Origin: Trueperaceae bacterium
GTDB lineage: Bacteria > Deinococcota > Deinococci > Deinococcales > Trueperaceae
Direction of reading: 5' to 3'
Assembly (NCBI GenBank): GCA_965215565.1
Contig: CBDCDZ010000004.1
Coordinates: 3,168,001 to 3,232,000 of the forward strand
DNA length: 64,000 nt
Shown here: piece after piece, positions 31,018 through 40,747 of the stretch
How the letters are laid out: each line of letters starts with the position of its first letter
Position numbering within the stretch: the first letter of the stretch is position 1
The notes under the pieces: generated by a model
The model's input: the letters and a program-made list of their open reading frames with translations, nothing else
Database searches by the model: none
What the model was told of the DNA's origin: nothing
Position numbers and translations under genes: made by a program

Positions 31018-32520
31018 TCACTCTGAGTTACGCCGAGGTAGCTCTAACCTATAGAGCCCCCCCGCCACCGTCATCTCTACGCGAAAACCCAAACTCTGCA
31101 GCCGCGCCGCGTCACCGCACAGATAGCAGTAAACCTGTAAACCCGGCGGCGGATTTTTGGTGTTCGCTAAATCATAAGGCGTGCCCTCGCGCAAATATGC
31201 CTTCGTCGTGTCGATGTTGCCGCCGAAAAACGCGACGTACACGTCCCTCTCTTCCCACCTTTCAGCCAATAGATAGTAGAGAAAATACTCATAAGTATTG
31301 TAGCTGGGCGTGAGGATGACCGCGCGTTCTTGCACCGTAGAGAGCACCGCCTCGACCCCCCTTTGGTCCGCCGTTTGCTGACTCATATCGACGCTCCGGT
31401 AGTTCAGTAAGAGGAACACTAAAGGGATGAGGAGGGGCGCAGCCGCGACGCTCCGCCGCTCTTCCCACGATACTTGCAAAGCGAGCAGCGCGATACCACC
31501 TAACAGCGCGAGCGCCAGCGTGCTCGGGATGAAGTAGACCGCGATGTCGGGAATGTCGTAGTTCATCGCGTAGAAGGTGTGCGAAAAAAGGTAGATGAGC
31601 ACGCCCAAAGTAACGTGCTTGTGGCGCTTCAGCCCGACAACTGCGCCAACCGCCGCGAGCCCCCAGAGCGGCAGACTGCGGCTGAGCAGCGTCAGCACGA
31701 AGGGAAGACGTTCGGTGAGGAGTTGCTGCCAAGTGTACGTAAACATGACGTTCTTGAAGTCGCCGCCTGTCACGTAGGTGATCAGGTTTGTCCCGTCAAA
31801 GACTTCCGCGTAGTAAACGTCGGGGTTGAAGTAGCGCCAGAAGAGGTAGCTGTACTGGAGTGCGCCGAGAACGACTACACCGACGACCCACAAAACTTTA
31901 CGCGGTTGGATAAAGACTTTCGGGTTCGTCGCAAGTGTCATGTACACAAAAGCGGGCAAAAGGGTAATCGAGGTGAGGTGATTGCCGAAGGAGAGCGCGT
32001 AGAGCCCGGTGGCGACGTAGAACGCCCGTTCTTCACCGCTATGCCAGCGGATGAGCGCATAGATGACGCTCGTCATCAGTAAGAGGTGAAGCGTGTAGAC
32101 TTCCGCGACGACGGCTTGTGACCACAAAATACGGCTCAGACCGAGGGAGAGCGCAACCGGAAGGGCGAAGAGAGGTTTGAGCCCCAAGTACTCCAAGAGC
32201 TTGAAGAGGACGATGCAACCGCCGATAGCGAATACTGCCGAGAGCAAGTTGGCTTTATAGGCAACGCTGCCGAACGGGAACACGTTGACGAAGAGGTTAT
32301 TTAAGACCAAGTAAAGCGGGTAGCCCGTTGGATGTGGGATGCCCAAAATCTTGCCTAAAAATTGAAACTTGGCGGTGTCGCCTGAAAAGCCGACGCCCGG
32401 CAGAAGCGTCGAGGTATAGACCCAGCCAAGTATCACGGTAAGGGAGAGGATGGCGAGACTCGAGCTGTTCGCCCGCACCCACATACTTACATCAGTCTTT
32501 TTAGCCTCAACTTTGCTCAC
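31018..32520 (-). CDS. DUF2723/TMEM260-like GT-C glycosyltransferase
   Basis: GD..F..LGIPHPTGYPLY, WSQAVVAEVYTL and GNH motifs, polytopic. Confidence 0.85.
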   Translation of the reverse strand: MSKVEAKKTDVSMWVRANSSSLAILSLTVILGWVYTSTLLPGVGFSGDTAKFQFLGKILGIPHPTGYPLYLVLNNLFVNVFPFGSVAYKANLLSAVFAIGGCIVLFKLLEYLGLKPLFALPVALSLGLSRILWSQAVVAEVYTLHLLLMTSVIYALIRWHSGEERAFYVATGLYALSFGNHLTSITLLPAFVYMTLATNPKVFIQPRKVLWVVGVVVLGALQYSYLFWRYFNPDVYYAEVFDGTNLITYVTGGDFKNVMFTYTWQQLLTERLPFVLTLLSRSLPLWGLAAVGAVVGLKRHKHVTLGVLIYLFSHTFYAMNYDIPDIAVYFIPSTLALALLGGIALLALQVSWEERRSVAAAPLLIPLVFLLLNYRSVDMSQQTADQRGVEAVLSTVQERAVILTPSYNTYEYFLYYLLAERWEERDVYVAFFGGNIDTTKAYLREGTPYDLANTKNPPPGLQVYCYLCGDAARLQSLGFRVEMTVAGGLYRLELPRRNSE

Positions 32521-32553
32521 GACACCCCCGCTTGCTTCTCCGCATTGATTGGC

Positions 32554-34062
32554 TTACTCGGTTAGCTCGAGCCTGTAGAGCCCTGCCACGCTCGTCATTT
32601 GCATATCGAAGCCGTGCTTTTGTAGCGCTTGCGGGTTCGCACATTGCCAACAGAAAACGCGCAGACCCGGCGGCGGATTTTTGCCCTCTTGCGCTAACAA
32701 GAGGGGCGGCTCACCGATTTGAGGCGGCGCTTCACCTTGCATGTAGGATTTCAAAAACGCCCCGTTTCTCCCGTAGTTCGTCACGAAGAGGTTGTCGCGC
32801 TGCTTTTTGAGCCCGAGCGTGTGATAGAGCAGTCCCTGCATCGGGTTGTAGCCACTCACTGAGATAACCGCGTCCTCTTGCACCGCGCTGATAACCGCCG
32901 CCGCCTCACCTTGCGGCGCAGTGATGTGACTTAAATCGACCTCGCGGTAGTTCATAAACAAGAGCCCGAGCGGTACGGCTAGAAGGAGCGCCGTGCGCGG
33001 CGCACTGGTGCCTTGCAAAAGCTCACCGAGCCCTAACCCCGCCAAAACCGCTAACGCCATAACGCTCGGGATGAAGTAAACCTCGATGTCGGGGATGTTG
33101 TAATTCACGGTGTAGTAGGTGTGCGACAAGAAGTAAATCAGCACGAAGTTGACGACGTGTAAGCGTTTGGTCTGAGTTGTAGCGCCCAGTGCGGCGAGCC
33201 CGATCAGGGGAAAGCTGCGCGTTAAGATCGTGAGCGCGAGGGGCAAACGTTCGCTCCAAAGCTGTGCACCCGTGTAGGCGAACATCAACTCCTTAAAGTT
33301 ACCGCCCGTAAGGTAATCGCGCAGATTGTCGAAACTCCTGCCCGTAAAGAGTTCCGCGTAGAAGAACTCGTTACCCAGCCGCCAGAAGAGGTAGCTGTAC
33401 TGGAGTGCGCCGAGGCTGACCACGCCCACTACCCATAAAACTTTGCGCGGTTGGATGAAGACTTTAGGGTTCGTTGCAAGCGTGATGTAGACAAAAGCAG
33501 GTAGCAGCGTGATCGAGGTGAGGTGATTGCCGAAGGAGAGCGCGTAGAGCCCGGTAGCGACGTAGAACGCCCGTTCTTCACCGCTGTGCCAGCGGATGAG
33601 CGCGTACACGACGCTCGTCATCAGCAAGAGGTGGAGCGTGTAGACTTCCGCGACGATAGCTTGTGACCAGAGGACGTAACTTAGTCCGAGCGAGAGCGAA
33701 AGCGCTAACGCGCCCATGCGCCCGAGCTTTAGATAGAGGAGCAGTCTGAAAAAGACGATGCACGCAGCAATTGAGAAGACCGACGAGAGCAAGTTCGCTT
33801 TGTACGCCAGCGTGCCGAACGGGAACACGTTGACGAAGAGGTTGTTCAAGACCAAGTAGAGTGGGTAGCCCGTCGGGTGAGGTATCCCTAAAATCTCGCC
33901 TAAGTACTGAAACTTAATCGTGTCGCCCATGTAGCCGATACCGGGCAAGAGCGTCGCGGTGTACGCCCAACTGAGGATGAGGACGAGTGAGGTGATGTAG
34001 AGGCTCGAGCCGCTCACCATACGCGAGAGGTCGAAGTCTCTCTCTCTCAATGATCTGAGCAT
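32554..34062 (-). CDS. DUF2723/TMEM260-like GT-C glycosyltransferase (tandem paralogue)
   Basis: Same motifs as the neighbour, with long identical peptide stretches. Confidence 0.85.
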   Translation of the reverse strand: MLRSLRERDFDLSRMVSGSSLYITSLVLILSWAYTATLLPGIGYMGDTIKFQYLGEILGIPHPTGYPLYLVLNNLFVNVFPFGTLAYKANLLSSVFSIAACIVFFRLLLYLKLGRMGALALSLSLGLSYVLWSQAIVAEVYTLHLLLMTSVVYALIRWHSGEERAFYVATGLYALSFGNHLTSITLLPAFVYITLATNPKVFIQPRKVLWVVGVVSLGALQYSYLFWRLGNEFFYAELFTGRSFDNLRDYLTGGNFKELMFAYTGAQLWSERLPLALTILTRSFPLIGLAALGATTQTKRLHVVNFVLIYFLSHTYYTVNYNIPDIEVYFIPSVMALAVLAGLGLGELLQGTSAPRTALLLAVPLGLLFMNYREVDLSHITAPQGEAAAVISAVQEDAVISVSGYNPMQGLLYHTLGLKKQRDNLFVTNYGRNGAFLKSYMQGEAPPQIGEPPLLLAQEGKNPPPGLRVFCWQCANPQALQKHGFDMQMTSVAGLYRLELTE

Positions 34063-34101
34063 AGGGTCCCCTGAGATGATGCGTTGCAGCGGCGTTGCGG
34101 C

Positions 34102-34146
34102 GTTATAAGCGAATAGGTTATAAGTAAATAGGTTGTGAGCGAATAG
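34102..34146. repeat. 15-bp tandem repeat, three units
   Basis: gttataagcgaatag / gttataagtaaatag / gttgtgagcgaatag. Confidence 0.7.
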
Positions 34147-34377
34147 GTAGTCAGCATGGAAACCTCAGATGCGGGCACGCGGGTCCTTCCTGTGAAGTTC
34201 TTCGCGCCCCGCTAACCCGAGCAGTTTACCGCAAAATAATGTGCGACGAAACAGACGTAAACGGACAGTGGCGTGCTGAGCCCCAGCGCGCGCCTCCTCG
34301 CCCCTTCATCCATGTTTTGTACCCCGACGCGCCCCCTGAAATCTCAACGTCGCCGCGCTGCATGCTATGTTGAAAGG

Positions 34378-34475
34378 GTCACCAGGGGTGTTTGGCTCGA
34401 GCATCTACGCTCGCGTCAGGCTGAGAACAAACCCTACGAACCTGACCTGGCTAAGACCAGCGGAGGAAGTGTGAC
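34378..34475 (+). ncRNA. TPP riboswitch
   Basis: AGGGGTG..CTGAGA..ACCC..GAACCTGA.CTGG.TAA.ACCAGCGGAGGAAG directly upstream of thiB. Confidence 0.93.
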
Positions 34476-34541
34476 GGCGAGGCCGCCCTAACGTTAGGGC
34501 AGCTTAGCCGCGCTCCTTTCTGGTGACGGAAAGGATTTTTT

Positions 34542-35579
34542 ATGCTGAGGCTTTTCGTTTTATCACTCCTTTTGCTGAGCACCGCCAACGCGCAAACGCT
34601 CACCGTCTTAACGCACGGCTCGTTCTCCTTGTCCGAAGAGGTTATCGCCGCATTCACCGAAGAGACGGGCGTCGAAGTCGAATTTGTCGAGGGCGGCGAC
34701 GCGGGGGAGACCGTCAACCGCGCCATTTTGACGAAGAACAACCCGCTCGCTGACGTACTTTACGGGGTGGATAACAACCTGATCGCGCGGGCGGCGGACG
34801 AGGGCATTTTCGAGCCTTATAGAAGTCCCGCGCTGGAGGGCGTACCCGACGAATACCTCTTCGCGGACGACCTCGTCACGCCGATTGACGTGGGCTACGT
34901 GAACTTCAACTACGACAAGTCGTACTTTGCCGAGAACGAGGTGGCGGTGCCAGAGACCTTGGAGCAGCTCACTGAAGAGGCGTATCGCGGGCTCACGGTG
35001 GTGCAAAACCCCGCGAGCAGTTCACCCGGTCTCGCCTTCATGCTCGCGACGATTGCCAAGTTCGGGGAGGGGTGGTTGGACTATTGGGCTGACTTGCGCG
35101 ACAACGACGTGCAGGTAACGGACGGTTGGGAAGGCGCGTACTACACGAGCTTCACCCAGTACGGCGGCGACAGGCCTATTGTCCTCTCCTACGCCACCTC
35201 GCCCGCTGCCGAAGTCGTCTTCGCAGAAGAGGACTTGGACGACGCGCCGACGGGCAACCTCTTCTGCGAAGCGTGCGTATACCGGCAGATTGAGGCGGCG
35301 GGTATCTTAGCGGGAACGGATAATATGGAGGCGGCGCAGAGGTTCATCGACTTCATGCTAAGCGCGCGCGTGCAAGAGGACATCCCCTTGAATATGTACG
35401 TTTATCCTGCCAGTGACAGCGCAGCTTTACCTGCCGTCTTCGAGCAGTACGCGCGAACGCCAAGCCCTGAGCAGATTGCGGCGCTTCCCTCCGAAGAGAT
35501 AGAGGCGAACCTCTCGGAGTGGTTGGACGCCTGGACCCAGGTAGTGCAGCAGGGGCGGGACCCCGAAGAGGTGCGCTAA
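34542..35579 (+). CDS. thiB: Thiamine ABC transporter substrate-binding protein
   Basis: LTVLTHGSF, GDAG, ADVLYGVDN, SSSPGLAF and VLSYATSPA motifs. Preceded by a TPP riboswitch. Confidence 0.92.
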   Translation: MLRLFVLSLLLLSTANAQTLTVLTHGSFSLSEEVIAAFTEETGVEVEFVEGGDAGETVNRAILTKNNPLADVLYGVDNNLIARAADEGIFEPYRSPALEGVPDEYLFADDLVTPIDVGYVNFNYDKSYFAENEVAVPETLEQLTEEAYRGLTVVQNPASSSPGLAFMLATIAKFGEGWLDYWADLRDNDVQVTDGWEGAYYTSFTQYGGDRPIVLSYATSPAAEVVFAEEDLDDAPTGNLFCEACVYRQIEAAGILAGTDNMEAAQRFIDFMLSARVQEDIPLNMYVYPASDSAALPAVFEQYARTPSPEQIAALPSEEIEANLSEWLDAWTQVVQQGRDPEEVR

Positions 35580-35654
35580 GCGTCTCTGGCGGATTGCCAC
35601 GGTGTGATGAACAATGTAGGATAGCTCGCGTTTCACTCCCCGCTTGTTTGCTTT

Positions 35655-36332
35655 ATGATGATGGAGACTCTTGGGGAAGGGGTCAAGTGTCATAGGGGGG
35701 CTAGCAGTGGAACTCAAGATAACCAGAGCGTGGACATACGAACAGGCGGGATTGCTGGGAGGCAGTCCCGCCTGCTGAGCATCATGGAAGCGAATAAGAC
35801 GAATCTCGGAGGGGGAAAGTTTGGCGGGGTGGAGAAGAAGTTCCGCTCGGTGGGCTATGGCTGGGCGCTCATCGGCGGTCTTGTGACCGTCAGCATATCC
35901 CTGCTCCTGCGCCTTTTCGTCGGTCAAGTCTACGGCGGCGGGGAGGCGATCGAACTCATCGAGTCGCTTTCGTCCTCGTCGTTGCGCTTAGCAGCGGTTA
36001 TCGCCACCTCCTCAGCGACGATTCTCGCGCTGATGCTCACGATTCTGGGTTTGGCTAGGGAGGCGGCGAACGACTTCAACATGAAGCTCTACCACCGCAT
36101 CGACGTCATCGGACTGCTCAGCACAATCTCGCTGTGCGGCGCGATTTTGCTTCTGCTCTTACTGAGCCTGCCCGTGGGTCAGTTCGACAACGTCCCGTCC
36201 TCTTGGTTCACCGTGTTGTATTACATCCTCATCGGGCTCATCGCGGGTCTGTCCGGGCTGCTCATCAGCATTATTCTGATGCTCTTTAGCACCATTCGCA
36301 GCGTGATCACCTCGCTGACCTCCAATGACTAA
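35655..36332 (+). CDS. Hypothetical four-TM membrane protein (start uncertain)
   Basis: Hydrophobic segments, including TILALMLTILGL. Confidence 0.65.
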   Translation: MMMETLGEGVKCHRGASSGTQDNQSVDIRTGGIAGRQSRLLSIMEANKTNLGGGKFGGVEKKFRSVGYGWALIGGLVTVSISLLLRLFVGQVYGGGEAIELIESLSSSSLRLAAVIATSSATILALMLTILGLAREAANDFNMKLYHRIDVIGLLSTISLCGAILLLLLLSLPVGQFDNVPSSWFTVLYYILIGLIAGLSGLLISIILMLFSTIRSVITSLTSND

Positions 36333-36341
36333 TACGAGGTT

Positions 36342-36371
36342 GCATGACTTCGTTTGCAAACGAAGTCATGC
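36342..36371. repeat. Perfect 30-bp palindrome
   Basis: GCATGACTTCGTTTGCAAACGAAGTCATGC. Confidence 0.75.
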
Positions 36372-36502
36372 CCGTCCGTGACGGTAAGCTCTAACGCCCT
36401 CATTTGGAATAAGTGAGTTGTGCTATTCCGTATAAAGTGGCGGGCTCGAGTCGTGAAACGCTCATCTCTTAACATTCCTTTTGTCAGGGTACACCCTACG
36501 CT

Positions 36503-38071
36503 TTGATGCCGCGTCTCCCTCTCCTCGCAGGGCTCTTCGCGTCCGCGTTCTTGACGCTCTTCCTCCTTTACCCGCTCGGGGTGATTTTGCTGCGGAGTGC
36601 CTCGAGCTTCAGCACCATAAACGACGTTTTAAGCAATCCCTATTATTTAGGGCGCTTAGCCTTTACCACCTACCAAGCGCTGCTTTCCACCCTCTTAACC
36701 GTCCTTCTCGCCCTCCCCAGCGCCCTGCTCTTCGCCCGCTTCGACTTTCGCGGCAAGCGCCTCCTGCGGAGCGCCTTTACGGTTCCTTTTGTGATGCCTA
36801 CTGTCGTCGCGGCGATAGGTTTCTTGACGCTTCTGGGACCGCGCGGCTTGCTAAACGTCGATTTGAGGGACACGCTCGCCGTCATCTTGCTCGCGCACGT
36901 GTTCTATAACTATGCGGTGGTGGTGCGCATCGTCGGGGCGTATTTGGAGGCGGTGGGACCGGGTCTGCGCCAAGCGTCTGCGATGCTCGGCGCGTCACCT
37001 CTGCGCACGCTTTGGCGCGTGACGCTGCCGCTCGCGCTGCCTGCGATTATCGCCGCCGCGACGCTCGTCTTTATCTTCTGCTTCACCTCGTTCGGCGTCA
37101 TCCTCATCCTCGCGCCGGAGCCGCGCTTTGGCACCTTAGAGGTCGAGGTCTACCGTCTCACGGCGCGGCTATTGCAGTTAGAGAGCGCTGCCGTCCTCGT
37201 TCTTGCGCAACTGCTCGTGATCAGCGCGTTCACCTGGGTCTACACGCGGATGCAGGCACGCTTGGCGGTGTCTTTAGGTGGAGGTTCCGTCCTCTCCAAA
37301 CCCACCGGACTCTGGCGCTGGCTGCTCGCGCTCAATATGTTCATCGCCGCCGCGCTCATCCTCTCGCCCCTGTTGGCGCTGACGTTCAGCGCTTTTTGGA
37401 CAGAAGACGGATTGAGTTTGCGGAACTTCACTGCGCTCACGGAGGTGACGCGCTCGGTGGGGTTTGTCGGGGCGGGACAGGCGATCTTCAACTCGCTTCG
37501 GTTCGCCTGCCTAAGCACGTTGCTTTCCCTCATCGTCGGCTTCGCGTTTGCCTACGCCATCGTGAGAGGAGGCTGGCGCACTCTGGATACATTGAGCCTC
37601 CTACCTCTTGCCACGAGCGCCGTGACGCTCGGCTTCGGCTACCTCTTAGCGTTTCCGGGGCTCAGCTCGAGCCTCTACGGAATCATCCTAGCTCACACCC
37701 TCATCGCCTTTCCTTTCGTCGTGCGGAGCGTGCTGCCTGCGTTGCGGGCGCTACCGCCCAACCTCTTGCACGCGGCGCGGATGCTGGGCTCGAGCCCCCT
37801 AACCATCCTTCGCCGCGTCGAGTTGCCGCTGCTCGTCCCCTCGCTCATCGCCGCCGCCAGCTTCGCCTTCGCCGTCTCGATGGGCGAGTTCGGCGCGACA
37901 CTCGTCTTGCAGCGTCCCGAATTCGCGACGATTCCGGTGGCGATTTTTGACCGTCTGGGCAGACCCGGCGCGGCGAACTACGGGGCGGCGTTGGCGCTTT
38001 CGGTTTTGCTGATGGTAATTACCGGGGCGGTGATGGTGCTTTTGGAGCGGTTTGGGCAGAGTGAATTTTAG
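36503..38071 (+). CDS. thiP: Thiamine ABC transporter permease
   Basis: Two permease repeats (PFVMPTVV, AHVFYN, FCFTSFG, SMGEFGAT) near thiB. Confidence 0.88.
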   Translation: MMPRLPLLAGLFASAFLTLFLLYPLGVILLRSASSFSTINDVLSNPYYLGRLAFTTYQALLSTLLTVLLALPSALLFARFDFRGKRLLRSAFTVPFVMPTVVAAIGFLTLLGPRGLLNVDLRDTLAVILLAHVFYNYAVVVRIVGAYLEAVGPGLRQASAMLGASPLRTLWRVTLPLALPAIIAAATLVFIFCFTSFGVILILAPEPRFGTLEVEVYRLTARLLQLESAAVLVLAQLLVISAFTWVYTRMQARLAVSLGGGSVLSKPTGLWRWLLALNMFIAAALILSPLLALTFSAFWTEDGLSLRNFTALTEVTRSVGFVGAGQAIFNSLRFACLSTLLSLIVGFAFAYAIVRGGWRTLDTLSLLPLATSAVTLGFGYLLAFPGLSSSLYGIILAHTLIAFPFVVRSVLPALRALPPNLLHAARMLGSSPLTILRRVELPLLVPSLIAAASFAFAVSMGEFGATLVLQRPEFATIPVAIFDRLGRPGAANYGAALALSVLLMVITGAVMVLLERFGQSEF

Positions 38072-38107
38072 AAGCACCACACTCACCATCTGGTGTAATA
38101 TGATGCT

Positions 38108-38362
38108 ATGAAGCGCGCAACGATTACCTTTCCCGATGACTTAGAACGCAAGCTCGAGTCCTATTACGCGCAGCAGCCCGCGCCACCTAGCCTGAGTAAA
38201 CTCGTACAAGTCGCTTTAGATGAGTATCTGGAGAATCTGATGTGGCAAGAGCGCGGTCTCAGGGCGCGGCGTGGTTCTCTCAGCGTTACACCGGCGGAGA
38301 AGGGCAGCGGAAAAAATGACGTGAGCGAGCGCCATGACCACTATCTAGCCGAGCAGGAGTGA
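38108..38362 (+). CDS. Putative RHH antitoxin
   Basis: MKRATITFPDDL and a C-terminal DVSERHDHYL typical of VapB-like partners. Confidence 0.75.
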   Translation: MKRATITFPDDLERKLESYYAQQPAPPSLSKLVQVALDEYLENLMWQERGLRARRGSLSVTPAEKGSGKNDVSERHDHYLAEQE

Positions 38363-38757
38363 GGGTTGTTCTAGCCGATACAGGACCGCTCTACGCCTTA
38401 GTCGATGCGGATGACCAGTACCACGTAAGGGCTCAGCGGGAGGCGGCGCACTTGGAAGGGGCGGGCTACCGCGTCGCGGTTTCTTACCCGACGCTGACCG
38501 AGAGCTACACGCTCGTGCTCCACCGCCTCGGTACAAGGGCGGCGCTTCGTTGGCTGGATGAGGTGAGCGCTGGCGCTGACCTCTTCAACGCGCTTCCTCG
38601 AGACTACGATGAGGTCATCGCACGCGCCCAACGTTTTGATGATCAAATTCTGACGCTTACTGACCTCATCCTCGGCGTTTTATCCGAGCGGCTCAACGCG
38701 CCTGTTTGGACCTTTGACGCGGACTTTGATGTGATGGGCGTTTCCGTGTGGCGGTAG
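38359..38757 (+). CDS. PIN-domain toxin (VapC-like)
   Basis: LADTGPLYA..DQYH, LTLTD and WTFDADF motifs. GTGA overlap with the antitoxin. Confidence 0.85.
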   Translation: MRVVLADTGPLYALVDADDQYHVRAQREAAHLEGAGYRVAVSYPTLTESYTLVLHRLGTRAALRWLDEVSAGADLFNALPRDYDEVIARAQRFDDQILTLTDLILGVLSERLNAPVWTFDADFDVMGVSVWR

Positions 38758-38763
38758 TTCAAT

Positions 38764-40587
38764 CTATCTCATGGTGCTCGAGAGCATCTCCACCGCCCGC
38801 TCCAGCACCACGTCCTCGCCGCCCTGCAAGAAGAAGCTCGGGCTAGGCTGCACTTCTACGTCAGGTTTGATACCTCTTCCGTCATAAAGCCTACCGTCGG
38901 GGCGGAAGGACGCCATCGACGCGAGGCTGACCTCCAAGCCTGTATTCGGCAATTCCATCCTCCGAGACCGCGCACTGCCGCCGCTGCTCGCTTCGCCCAG
39001 CAGCGTGACGTTCGGCAGCGCCGCCAGTGCGCCGAGAAAGATGTCCGTGGCGCTAAAGCCGCCCGCGTCTAGCAGGACCACGACGGGCGCGGTGTAGGGC
39101 TCGGCGTTACCTCTGCTGATGAGGAGGTAGTGCCACGCGCTGAAATCCTCTTCAGGCGGGCTCCACTCGGGCTCGAACGACGCTGCGAACGCCCTAACGA
39201 CGCGCCGCTCCGCGTCCGTCCAGCCGGGATGAGTGGCGCGGTACATCTCACGCGCTTCCAAATGATCCTCGTCAAACTCGGGCGCGAGGCGATACTTGGC
39301 GACGTTGACGACGGCGCTCTCCGCCCGCATGAGGTGAGGAAAGAGGTTGATGAGCGCGTCGCGGCTGCCGCCCCCGTTGCCCCGCACGTCCACGATCAGC
39401 CCTCTCGTGTCCGCAAAGCGCGGCATCCAGCTATGAATCTCCTTGACTGCGTCGTCGTCCATACTCTCTAAGCGCAAGTAGCCGATGTCACCCTCTACAA
39501 TCCTAGATTGACTCCGAAAGGCGTCCGGCGTATAGGGCAAGTCGTCTAAAACCTCCACTTGCTGCTCGGTAGTTTTGCCCGCGTCGTCCTCGAGAGTCAA
39601 GTTCAGTGTCGGCTCGAGCGGTAGCCTAAGTTCATGACGGAAGAACTGGATGTCGCGTAAACGCTGCAACGCTTGACGGCGTACATACTGCGGCGAGCCA
39701 TTCGCTACATAGCGTGACGCCGCTCCCAACCACCTTTCCAGAGGAACGCCGTCTATCGCCATTAGGTAAGGGTGCGAGGCGTCTAAAAAGTCGGTGCGGT
39801 TGAGCTTCACAGCGACGGCGCGTTCGCCCGCCCAGTTCAGGTGGAAGGGTGCGTAGCCTTTTAGGTCTTCGGGTAACCCCTGCCCCCGCACCCCCGCATG
39901 ACCGTCAATGAAGCCGGCGATGACACGCTCCAAGCCGAGCCCGAACTCTTCTACGCTTATGCCTGCCCGGACCTCTTCGCGGAGCGCATCTAAGTTGCTT
40001 CCATAGTCGTAATCATTCGTGTGGAGATAAGCGAACTGCGTCTCTAGCGCCTCTTGAAAGAGGTCTAGGTCTTCTAACATTCCTTCGGGTGATGTATCTC
40101 GAGGCATATCTTCGCGGGACGTATCTCGAGCCAGCGCCTCGGGGTGACGCATCAACCAAACGGCTCGTCGGTTCGCTTCGGTCATCGCTACATCGCTGAG
40201 TTCTCTAACTTCGTCTTCACCCGGCACGCGGACGAGCAGCGTCACCGTGTCTCTTGGCGGCGCGTCCATCTCGCTTAATACTTGGACTAAATCCTCGGCG
40301 ATGCGCTTGTCCCAATCGTCGCCGTATGCACCTCGTGAAAATGCAACGATGTTTTCTACTGATAGAGTGTCGATCTCGAGGAGTTCATACGTCTCTCCGT
40401 CAAGCGTAACCGTCGGAGGCTGCTCAGCGCCTCCCAACCACTCAATCGCTTGAAAAGGCGCGAGCTTCGGGTAATCCTGCGCCGCTGCGAAGGAAAGAAC
40501 GCCCGACAAAATAGAAGCGAAAACTAGGATAGAGAAGTACCGCAACCTCACCGTAAATCCCGCCACGAATCCTACTGCAAACCTCAT
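38764..40587 (-). CDS. S41-family peptidase
   Basis: DGHA, IGYLRL, DVRGNGGG, FSATD and GRGIKPDV motifs. Confidence 0.85.
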   Translation of the reverse strand: MRFAVGFVAGFTVRLRYFSILVFASILSGVLSFAAAQDYPKLAPFQAIEWLGGAEQPPTVTLDGETYELLEIDTLSVENIVAFSRGAYGDDWDKRIAEDLVQVLSEMDAPPRDTVTLLVRVPGEDEVRELSDVAMTEANRRAVWLMRHPEALARDTSREDMPRDTSPEGMLEDLDLFQEALETQFAYLHTNDYDYGSNLDALREEVRAGISVEEFGLGLERVIAGFIDGHAGVRGQGLPEDLKGYAPFHLNWAGERAVAVKLNRTDFLDASHPYLMAIDGVPLERWLGAASRYVANGSPQYVRRQALQRLRDIQFFRHELRLPLEPTLNLTLEDDAGKTTEQQVEVLDDLPYTPDAFRSQSRIVEGDIGYLRLESMDDDAVKEIHSWMPRFADTRGLIVDVRGNGGGSRDALINLFPHLMRAESAVVNVAKYRLAPEFDEDHLEAREMYRATHPGWTDAERRVVRAFAASFEPEWSPPEEDFSAWHYLLISRGNAEPYTAPVVVLLDAGGFSATDIFLGALAALPNVTLLGEASSGGSARSRRMELPNTGLEVSLASMASFRPDGRLYDGRGIKPDVEVQPSPSFFLQGGEDVVLERAVEMLSSTMR

Positions 40588-40636
40588 TGTGATCTCCCAG
40601 CTAAGAGGTTAGCAGAAAGAGATTACGAGGAGGTTA

Positions 40637-40747
40637 TAGCGACCTCCGTAAACACGGAGCCGAAGTGCCGCAGGTACTATCTTCTAACGTATGTGTTCGT
40701 CTATGCGTTCAAAACCGAGTGCGTTTGTGACCAGATAATACCTGCTA
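40637..40747 (-). mobile_element. MITE-like element, TAGCAG family (degenerate)
   Basis: Reverse strand reads TAGCAGGTATTATCTGGT..GATAGTACCTGCG. The terminal TAG is the M23 gene stop codon. Confidence 0.6.

Noticed and set aside
37012..37950. Long alternative-frame or antisense ORFs (37012-37950, 11384-12073, 2596-3354, 45456-46136)
   Set aside because: They overlap well-supported genes and are typical shadow ORFs.
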